64,000 nt of DNA from Parvibaculum sp. Its GTDB lineage: Bacteria; Pseudomonadota; Alphaproteobacteria; Parvibaculales; Parvibaculaceae. Below the pieces are notes generated by a model. The model saw only the letters and a list, made by a program, of their open reading frames with translations. It was not told where the DNA came from and did no database searches. The stretch covers positions 1,924 through 65,923 of the forward strand of contig NZ_JAUYUS010000068.1 in NCBI RefSeq assembly GCF_030694575.1, given 5' to 3'. Numbering within the stretch: the first letter of the stretch is position 1; each line of letters starts with the position of its first letter. Shown in pieces: positions 48,663 to 56,393 of the stretch. Made by a program: the position numbers and the translations under genes.

Positions 48663-51065
48663 ATGGATGCCTGGCGATTTTCAACCGAATCCTATCCCAA
48701 GGCCAACCGCTACGAGGCGTGGCAGGAAGCCCTTGAGCGCCTGGCATTGAAGCCAACGGGCCATGCAACCGATGACGGCGCCTATGGAATGCTGTCCGCT
48801 GTCGTTTCGCAATCCGGCATCAGCTTCACGCGCCTCATATCGACCCCGCAAGATATCAGCGCCATTCACGAGCTCAACAAGGAAGCAGGCAAAGACGGCA
48901 TCTGGCTCACATCTCTGCTCGAAGGTCATCTGACTTTTCACGATGGCGGCAACGACATCAAGGCAACGGCCGGCGATATTGTATATGGCGCTGTCGGTTC
49001 ACACACCACGCTGACGCTTGAAACCAATTGCCGCGTCATCATCGTTTATATCCCACGCTTTGCATTCCAGCCTCGTCTCATGACGCCACTGCCGACCAAG
49101 GTCATCCACCTGTCGGGCCGCGCCGGCATCGGGCATGTGCTGGCCGGCTTTCTGTCCTCGGTCGCCGAAGCGCTCGAGGACCTCAGCATCGACCAGTTGA
49201 GGCCCATCGAGATGGCGTTGCCGGAATTTCTGATGGCGGGCATTTTCCGTCAGGCAGACACGCGGGCGCTGGGCGGCGCAGCGGGTGTTCGCGCGGCGCT
49301 TCTGCATCGGGTTTGCCAGACCATCGAGGCGCAACTTGGCGATCCGGATCTTTCGCTCGCGAACATCGCCGAAGCCCACGGTATCTCTCCACGCTATGTG
49401 CAAAAACTTTTTGAGTCCGTCGGCCAGAGCTTTATCCGTTACATCCGCTACAGACGCCTTGAGCGCTGCCGCTATGATCTGGAAAGCCCGATACATGGCC
49501 AGCTGTCCATTTCCGACATCTGCTTTCGTTGGGGCTTCAACGATGCCGCGCATTTCAGTCGCGCGTTCCGCGACCAATATGGCGTCTCGCCCCGGGAATA
49601 CCGCCGGGCGGCACCGTCCAACGCGCAACAGAGTCATCCATGGATCACCAATCGCGGACGGCCGGACGACCGCCTCGGCGCACCGCGCGACGACCGTTCG
49701 ATTTCCTGGTCCGACTTGCCGGCGGATGAGGCGCCGTTGCCCGAAGACGGGGATCTGGCAGTCGTCACACCCGCACTTCCCTCGGAAACGCTGCCAATTT
49801 CGGTGCCGCTGTCCGAAGATGGCGCGCGCCATCACTATCTGCCGGTCACCGCCAATACCGTGCATTGGGGCTATTTCAGCCGTTTCCTTCCGCCTGTGCT
49901 TGAGATGAACTCGGGCGACTTTGTCACCATCGAAACGCTCACGCAGCACGCCTATGACGATTACGAGCGCATGATCGAGAACGATCCGGGTGCCGAAAGC
50001 GTTTTCCACTGGACCAAGGACGGCAAGAATGTCGATCGGCGAGGCGCCGGTCCGATGGATGCGTCCACCTATGGTCGCGGACCGGGCGAGGGCTTTGGCG
50101 TGCATATCTGCACCGGGCCCATCTCCATTCACGATGCGAAGCCCGGCGACATCGTCGAACTGCGGATCCTCGACATTCATCCGCGCCCCAGTGCCAGCGC
50201 GCGCTTCGAGGGGCGGCATTTCGGCAGCAACGCAGCCGCATGGTGGGGCTACCACTACAACGAACTGCTCACGCCACCAGCACCGCGCGAGGTCATCACG
50301 ATCTACGAGATCGAGAAGCGACACGGCAACGATGTCGCACGCGCGGTCTACAACTATCGCTGGACGCCACAGACAGATCCGTTCGGTGTGGTGCATGAGC
50401 TGATCGACTACCCGGGCGTACCGGTCGATCACACGACGATCGAGAAAAACTTCGACGTGCTGAAGAGCGTCGAGATTCCGTTGCGGGCTCATTTCGGGGT
50501 GGTCGCTCTGGCCCCCGACCACTGGGGCATTGTGGACTCGGTGCCTCCAGCCTATTTCGGCGGCAACATCGACAATTGGCGCCTGGGCGCGGGCTCCTGC
50601 ATCTTCCTGCCTGTCTCTGTCCCCGGCGGCTTGCTGTCGGTCGGCGATCCGCACGCGTCACAAGGCGACTCGGAGCTTTGCGGCACAGCGATCGAATGCT
50701 CTCTCACCGGCATTTTCCAGGTCATCCTGCACAAGAAACGGGAACTGCCCGGCAAGCTCATCGATCTCGACTACCCGCTGATCGAGACGCCGGACGAATG
50801 GGTCATCACCGGCTTTTCCCATCCGAACTATCTGAAGGAACTCGGCAAGAACGCCCAGACCGAAGTCTACAAGCAGGCATCCGTCGATATGGCAATGCGC
50901 GACGCGTTCCGGAAAACGCGCCGCTTTCTCATGACGTCCAAAGGCCTGTCGGAGGATGAGGCCATCTCCCTCATGTCCGTTGGTGTCGATTTTGGCATCA
51001 CGCAGGTGGTGGATGGAAACTGGGGCGTGCACGCCGTCATTCGTAAAGCCATGTTTCTCGATTGA
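48663..51065 (+). CDS. AraC-family regulator fused to a C-terminal acetamidase/formamidase domain
   Basis: N-terminal WRFST..YEAWQEAL FeaR-like domain; HTH GISPRYVQKLF..SISDICFRWGFNDAAHFSRAFRDQYGVSPREYR; then VHWGYFS..GGNIDNW..GDPHASQGDSELCGTAIE in one frame. Confidence 0.9.
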   Translation: MDAWRFSTESYPKANRYEAWQEALERLALKPTGHATDDGAYGMLSAVVSQSGISFTRLISTPQDISAIHELNKEAGKDGIWLTSLLEGHLTFHDGGNDIKATAGDIVYGAVGSHTTLTLETNCRVIIVYIPRFAFQPRLMTPLPTKVIHLSGRAGIGHVLAGFLSSVAEALEDLSIDQLRPIEMALPEFLMAGIFRQADTRALGGAAGVRAALLHRVCQTIEAQLGDPDLSLANIAEAHGISPRYVQKLFESVGQSFIRYIRYRRLERCRYDLESPIHGQLSISDICFRWGFNDAAHFSRAFRDQYGVSPREYRRAAPSNAQQSHPWITNRGRPDDRLGAPRDDRSISWSDLPADEAPLPEDGDLAVVTPALPSETLPISVPLSEDGARHHYLPVTANTVHWGYFSRFLPPVLEMNSGDFVTIETLTQHAYDDYERMIENDPGAESVFHWTKDGKNVDRRGAGPMDASTYGRGPGEGFGVHICTGPISIHDAKPGDIVELRILDIHPRPSASARFEGRHFGSNAAAWWGYHYNELLTPPAPREVITIYEIEKRHGNDVARAVYNYRWTPQTDPFGVVHELIDYPGVPVDHTTIEKNFDVLKSVEIPLRAHFGVVALAPDHWGIVDSVPPAYFGGNIDNWRLGAGSCIFLPVSVPGGLLSVGDPHASQGDSELCGTAIECSLTGIFQVILHKKRELPGKLIDLDYPLIETPDEWVITGFSHPNYLKELGKNAQTEVYKQASVDMAMRDAFRKTRRFLMTSKGLSEDEAISLMSVGVDFGITQVVDGNWGVHAVIRKAMFLD

Positions 51066-51957
51066 GACTGGAAGCAAGCGCCGCGAGCGTTCCTCTGTCG
51101 AGACTGGGGCCGGGCGTGGCGCACACGGCGGCGGCCACACGCGCGGCAAATATCATTGCATTCCCGAAAGGCGCACCTTCCATGTCGGCGAACAGAAAGC
51201 CGGCATGAAACGCATCGCCGGCACCTGTCGTGTCGACCACGACGCAGGGTTGCGCCGGCACAAATATGGGAACATCTCCCTTGAGTGCACCGACAGCTCC
51301 GTCGCCACCCAATGTGACAACGTGCCGACGCCCGCCGAGTTCCGCGAGCGCTGTCAACATGTCGCCATGTATGCCGGAACCCGCAATCTCGGCTGCCGTT
51401 GCCCGCGGAACGATGGCGGTATCGACGAGCGCGAGCAAAGATCTCGTGCCATCCGTCGCGATTTCGGCATCCGTCAGCGTCGGGATCCCACGCCGCGCAG
51501 CTTCCCGTGCAATCGAGAGCGAGGCTTCTTCCTCGTGCCCGTCAAAATAGACATACGAAGCGGCCGTCCACACTGCTTCGGAAATTTTCCCGTTAAAACG
51601 GGGATAGGCTTCCGGTGCCGTTTCCACGATGCAGCGCTCACCTGTCACCTTGTCCACAAGTATGTAGGCGCACGGATTTGCCATACCGCGCGCATGCTGC
51701 ACGCCTATACCGTCAATTCCGCGCTCGGCGAGAAACGCCATGACATGGGTTCCGTTGACATCGTCACCGACGACGCCGGCGTAAAAGACCGCACAGCCGA
51801 GCCCAGCAAGGGTCACGGCCGCATTTACACATTGGCCGCCGATCAGCACCGCCGGGTCGCCTGTACGCTGCTTGCTGTCAGGTCCTACACGTCCGAGATC
51901 GACATTGAAAACAAAGTCGACGCTGTTGCGCCCGACGCAAAGAACTCCGCCTCCCAT
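51037..51957 (-). CDS. PfkB family carbohydrate kinase
   Basis: GGQCVNAAVTLAGLG..GVVGDD; VVTLGGDG; VDTTGAGDAFHAGF. Confidence 0.92.
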   Translation of the reverse strand: MGGGVLCVGRNSVDFVFNVDLGRVGPDSKQRTGDPAVLIGGQCVNAAVTLAGLGCAVFYAGVVGDDVNGTHVMAFLAERGIDGIGVQHARGMANPCAYILVDKVTGERCIVETAPEAYPRFNGKISEAVWTAASYVYFDGHEEEASLSIAREAARRGIPTLTDAEIATDGTRSLLALVDTAIVPRATAAEIAGSGIHGDMLTALAELGGRRHVVTLGGDGAVGALKGDVPIFVPAQPCVVVDTTGAGDAFHAGFLFADMEGAPFGNAMIFAARVAAAVCATPGPSLDRGTLAALASSLNRETWLYE

Positions 51958-52174
51958 ATCCCCACTCCCGACCAGATGCACTCTTCCGATCCTAGACCGG
52001 CACCGGCAGCGCTTCGACGACAAACCCGCTCAATAAGTTGGATCTGTACATCGGAATGCAGCCCTGTGCTCACTCCATCCGGGCAAGCCAAGTTTCCGTG
52101 CGTGCAGGCACCAGAACCGGACGAGCGGATCGCCCAATATGAAACCATCCGCTTCCTGTAGCCAAAGGTTCGCA

Positions 52175-54043
52175 ATGACATCCGAAAACCCGACGCGGCG
52201 AGACGCGCTCAAGGGACTTGCCGCCGGTGGCGGCGCCGCGCTGGTCGCCAGGCCCGGACGCTCGGAGCCCTCCGCGGCCGGGGTCAGATTTCTTCACGGT
52301 GTTGCCAGCGGCGACCCTGAAATGACGGCCGTCATCATCTGGACACGCGTCACGGCATCGGGCGACGTCGCCCTCCGCTGGCAGATGGCGCATGATCTGG
52401 ATTTTCTCGATATCGCTGCCGAAGGCGACGCAACGGCACAAGGTGCAAATGACCACACCGTGAAAATCGACGCGCGCGGACTCGAATCTGGCCAAAAATA
52501 TTTCTATCGCTTTGTAGCAGGTGACGTAGCATCCCCGACCGGGCGCACGAGAACACTGCCGGGCGACGACGCAGTCAAAGTACGACTCGGAGTCGTTTCC
52601 TGTTCCCACTACAGCTTCGGCTTCTACAATGTCTACAAGGAGCTTTCGAAGGACGCCGACCTCGACGCGATCGTGCATCTCGGCGACTACATCTACGAGT
52701 CCGGCGTAGACGGTTATGGCGGCGATGTCGGCGCGGAGCTTGATCGCCTGCACGAGCCGCCGCACGAAATCATGACCCTCGACGATTACCGGAAGCGCTT
52801 TTCGCAATACCGCCTCGATCCCGATCTTCAGGCCGCCCATGCTGCCGCCCCGTTCATCGCAATCTGGGACGATCACGAGACGGCGAACAATTCATGGAGC
52901 GGCGGTGCACAGAATCACAAACCGGAGACCCACGGGGCGTGGTCCCTGCGCAGGGATGCCGCGCTGCGTGCCTATTTCGAATGGATGCCGATCCGCGACC
53001 CGAAGCCCGGCGAAGCATTCCACCGTCTTCATCGCACCTATCAGCTCGGCAACCTCGCGAGCCTCCACGTCATCGAAACGCGATTGACGGCGCGAAGCGA
53101 AGAGGTGAGCTACGACGCGCAGATGACCTACTTCGAAATCAGCTACGATGTCTCCGATCCCGAGGCCGCGAAGCCGCTTTCAAACCCCGACGCCGCAGCG
53201 CTCGACGTCGATCTGATCGAGAAGCTCAAAACACCTTTTTCGGAAGCCGATGGCAGCCCGGTGCTCGACTATGCGCTGGCGCGCGCGTGGGCGCTTGAGG
53301 GGTTGCCCGAAGGCTATGTCTACCGGCCGGACACCGATCGCTTCCGCCGCGAAGTTCTTGCCGATCCGTCACGCGAGATCCTCGGCCCGTCGCAGCTTGC
53401 GTGGCTTGAAGATGGCCTCAAGACATCACGCGCCAGCGGAACACCCTGGCAGATACTTGGCAACCAGGTCATCATGGCGCGGATGGACGCACCCGACTAC
53501 ACGAGGGCGTTTCCACCGGATGTCATCGAACCTGCGGTGCGCGACAATCCTTATGCCAAACGCTGGATTGATCGCACGGCCATGCGCCTGCCGATCAATC
53601 CGGATGCATGGGACGGGTATCCAGCGGCCCGTCAACGCGTCTACGACGCCGTCCGCGCGGCAGAAGCAAATCTGGTTGTTCTCACCGGCGACACCCATCA
53701 CTTCTGGGCAAACGATCTGCGGGAAACGCCCGGCGGACGCCGCATCGGCGTGGAATTTGCCACCAGCAGCGTCAGCTCAAAAGGCGGCTACGATTATATC
53801 GCCGCCGATCCGCGCGTCTACGACATCGCCGAGGAGACACTCGTGCGCGAGGTGCCGGAGATCGTTTATTGCGAGACGCGGCATCGCGGCTTTATCGTCC
53901 TGGAAATCGAGGCAGATGCAGTGCATGCGGACTACATGGCGGTATCAACCGTCAGGTCACGGGAATACACGGCGACACGCCTCAGGCGCTTTCGGGTTCA
54001 ACGCGAAAGCGAAGGGCTGCTCTCCGAAATTCAGGTCGTCTGA
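52175..54043 (+). CDS. phoD: Alkaline phosphatase D family protein with Tat signal
   Basis: TRRDALKG twin-Arg; FLHGVASGDP; VHLGDYIYE; WDDHETANN; DAWDGY; LTGDTH. Confidence 0.92.
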   Translation: MTSENPTRRDALKGLAAGGGAALVARPGRSEPSAAGVRFLHGVASGDPEMTAVIIWTRVTASGDVALRWQMAHDLDFLDIAAEGDATAQGANDHTVKIDARGLESGQKYFYRFVAGDVASPTGRTRTLPGDDAVKVRLGVVSCSHYSFGFYNVYKELSKDADLDAIVHLGDYIYESGVDGYGGDVGAELDRLHEPPHEIMTLDDYRKRFSQYRLDPDLQAAHAAAPFIAIWDDHETANNSWSGGAQNHKPETHGAWSLRRDAALRAYFEWMPIRDPKPGEAFHRLHRTYQLGNLASLHVIETRLTARSEEVSYDAQMTYFEISYDVSDPEAAKPLSNPDAAALDVDLIEKLKTPFSEADGSPVLDYALARAWALEGLPEGYVYRPDTDRFRREVLADPSREILGPSQLAWLEDGLKTSRASGTPWQILGNQVIMARMDAPDYTRAFPPDVIEPAVRDNPYAKRWIDRTAMRLPINPDAWDGYPAARQRVYDAVRAAEANLVVLTGDTHHFWANDLRETPGGRRIGVEFATSSVSSKGGYDYIAADPRVYDIAEETLVREVPEIVYCETRHRGFIVLEIEADAVHADYMAVSTVRSREYTATRLRRFRVQRESEGLLSEIQVV

Positions 54044-54057
54044 AAAGTGCGGTCACA

Positions 54058-54549
54058 TTACTCCCGGCTGAAATGCACGGGGATTTCCGGCTCCGGCCCG
54101 GCTTTGACCCAGAGCACGATCTCGTTTCCCCACGGATCGCGGAACGCGTGGTTGAAGCCGTTGAATTCTTTCCAGTAGTGATCGCGCCACAGAATGGTCG
54201 CTCCGTGTTTCTCCGCATCGGCCAGAATGCGCGCTTCGCTGTCGTCGGAGCTCACAAGAATCCATATCCGCGCCTTGCGGCCGTCGCGACTGATCTCTCG
54301 AGGACCGACGCCCGCGGGATCGGGATGCGGCCGTGCGTTCGACGCGTCGTGGATGCCGATATGGAAATTGCCGATATGGCTCTGCGATCCATCCGTGTTC
54401 AGCGCATTCTGACCGGGCACCATCCGGTGATAGACGCCGAAAGGACGAGGATCGTTTTCCCAGCCGAAAACCTCTGCATAGAATTGGGCGCAGGCAGCGG
54501 GATCGTCGGATGTCAGATCGACAAAAATGAGCGTATTCGGATAGGGCAA
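54058..54549 (-). CDS. VOC (glyoxalase-like) family protein
   Basis: FVDLTSDDPAACAQFYAEVFGW..AEKHGATIL..AFRDPWGNEIVL. Confidence 0.85.
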   Translation of the reverse strand: MPYPNTLIFVDLTSDDPAACAQFYAEVFGWENDPRPFGVYHRMVPGQNALNTDGSQSHIGNFHIGIHDASNARPHPDPAGVGPREISRDGRKARIWILVSSDDSEARILADAEKHGATILWRDHYWKEFNGFNHAFRDPWGNEIVLWVKAGPEPEIPVHFSRE

Positions 54550-54732
54550 GGCGTGCTCCCTTTTCTGGGTGCGTGATCAATCGTTGGCCATCGCATCGGC
54601 CAAGCATCGTCCGACCGGCGGCTCGCGTCTTGTCCCTCCGCGCTTGTTTACTGGATCGCGATGTGCCTCAGATGCCAACCCGTCGCGCGCGCTGCACGTG
54701 CGCAGTTCTTTGAATAGCTGAGCCCAAACGCA

Positions 54733-54874
54733 GATCGCTCAAATCCATCATGGGCGCGATGGAGATTTTATTTGTCTGTGTATTCAACAGGTTACCTGCA
54801 GCTTGGGAGCGTTCAAAGAGGCCTAGTTTACGCTCTTCTATCGCCTAATGCGCCGAGAGCCACAGGAAAATTCC
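54733..54874. repeat. dusA 5' end plus upstream DNA, copy 2 (displaced att site)
   Basis: Minus strand from TTG at 54787 reads MNTQTNKISIAPMMD, then diverges (LSDLRLG...); homology to 23657-23797 continues about 90 bp upstream. Confidence 0.9.
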
Positions 54875-54979
54875 AAATCGGCTTTCGGCGTGCCCTCCCA
54901 AGTGCCGCAACAAGGCATCCCCTTCCCGCGGCGCCAGCCTTCGTTTCGCATGAACGGCATTTTGGAGGTCACCCGCACA

Positions 54980-55376
54980 TGGCATCAGCGGCTGCGTGTT
55001 GATGCCGTCGGGCGTCGCTTCCGCATAGCGCGCCTTCTCAGTCGAAATGGAAAGCAGCTGATCGTGATCGACGCCCGGCGTGAAGTCCGCGTCGCGCGTC
55101 ATATCCCAGACCTTTTTTCAGCGTCTCAGAATTGTAGATCGTACCGTTCTTGCGCTGAACCATGATCGTCACGGTTAGCGGATTGCCAAAGTTTGGATGA
55201 TCTTTGAATACCTGAACGAACGGGTGATTTTTTGGCAGAAGATCGGAGAATATCGTCTTCAGTTCGGCATTCCGGATGCCCGCCAGGAGGAACAAGGTCA
55301 GCGCACCGGCGGCAGCCAGAACCAGCCAGTGGTGTTCCAGCGTGAATCGCGCAAGCCTGAACCGGAAGCTATTCAA
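54980..55376 (-). pseudogene. Frameshifted and truncated MMPL/RND-superfamily transporter remnant
   Basis: TM segment then KTIFSDLLPKNHPFVQV..FGNPLTVTIMV..IYNSETLKK; an extra A in an A6 run (~55113) shifts the frame; next frame gives VWDMTRD..TPGVDHDQLLSISTEKARYAEATPDGINTQPLMP, then similarity appears to stop. Confidence 0.75.
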
Positions 55377-55619
55377 CTTTCCCTCCCCGCCAGCCTGCTC
55401 CCCGCTTGTTCGGAGATTCTTTCCGGCCAGCAGGCTCATGCTGACCGGGGCGGCAAGGGGATGCCCCCTAAACCTGCATAGAGGCTTGTTATGACCCCTA
55501 CCCGTTCAGGGGGCGGTTGGTTCACCGGGATTTTGCTGCAGCGCGAAGTATCCGCGCGCCCGTCGCTGGCAGTGCCTTGGGGAAGCCGGCAGGAATCAAT
55601 GGAGCGGCGTACCCCCGTA

Positions 55620-56393
55620 TCAATGCGCAGCCAGCTCACATGAACATATCCGCGCACACGTGCCCGGGACAATGTTTCCAACTATGAGAACAAGCGGCGC
55701 ATCCGGCGGCAGAGCTGCGACAGCGTGCTTGAGTCGATTCAGGCTGGCGACAACGCGGACTTCGTCAGGCTGGCTCGCGCTCGCCACGATAAGAACCGGC
55801 GTGGTGCCCGGCCAGCCGGCATCGATGAGGCCAGTGCCGATCGCGGAGGCAGCTCCGCGTGCCATATAGACCACACTTGTCACAGCCGGGTCGGCCAAAC
55901 CTGCGGCAACGGGATCGAAGGGTTCGCCCTTGCGGGTATGGCCGGTGACGAACTGCACCCGCCTTGCAACGCCGCGCATGGTCAGCGACAAGCCCGCCGA
56001 AGCCGCGGCTGCCGAAGCTGCGGTGATGCCGGGAACGATCTCGTAAGGAATGTCCGCTTCGGCAAGTGCCGTCATCTCCTCGTCCAGCCGGCCGAAGATA
56101 ACGGGATCGCCGCCCTTCAACCGGGCGACGCGTTTGCCCCGCGATGCGAGGTTGACGAGCAGGCGGTTGATCTCCTCCTGGGGCATGGCGTGCCGTCCGG
56201 CGCGCTTTCCGACATTTATCCGGCGAACCGACTCCGGCAGGAGATCTAGAATTTGCACGGTTCCCAGCGCGTCGTGGAGCACGATGTCCGCGTGTTGCAA
56301 GCGGCGCATGGCGCGGACAGTCAGAAGTTCGGGATCGCCCGGCCCCGCGCCAATGAAAGATACCGCTCCCGTTGCGTGTGGGTTTCCGGTCAT
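55620..56393 (-). CDS. cobA: Uroporphyrinogen-III C-methyltransferase (siroheme supply for nitrite reductase)
   Basis: FIGAGPGDPELLT, VARLKGGDPVIFGR, IVPGITAA; 4-bp overlap with the nitrate reductase gene. Confidence 0.92.
   Translation of the reverse strand: MTGNPHATGAVSFIGAGPGDPELLTVRAMRRLQHADIVLHDALGTVQILDLLPESVRRINVGKRAGRHAMPQEEINRLLVNLASRGKRVARLKGGDPVIFGRLDEEMTALAEADIPYEIVPGITAASAAAASAGLSLTMRGVARRVQFVTGHTRKGEPFDPVAAGLADPAVTSVVYMARGAASAIGTGLIDAGWPGTTPVLIVASASQPDEVRVVASLNRLKHAVAALPPDAPLVLIVGNIVPGTCARICSCELAAH

Larger units (their letters stand above)
23668..54754. mobile_element. Genomic island (~31 kb) integrated in the dusA 5' end; no integrase recognised
   Basis: Flanking direct repeats with core TCCATCATGGG at 23668 and 54744; accessory cargo; sequence looks less GC-rich than the core by eye; dusA is an established integration target. 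Confidence 0.85.

Noticed and set aside
51960-52174. Pho box upstream of phoD
   Set aside because: Only one half-site-like CTGTACAT is present, with no 11-bp-spaced partner.
54584-54603. Inverted repeat TTGGCC-N8-GGCCAA upstream of the VOC gene
   Set aside because: Six-bp GC-rich arms are expected by chance; no supporting promoter.
54875-54980. Possible N-terminus of a dusA-associated integrase next to att copy 2
   Set aside because: The three plus-strand frames and the minus-strand MMPL read-through show no integrase-like sequence by eye; needs a profile search.
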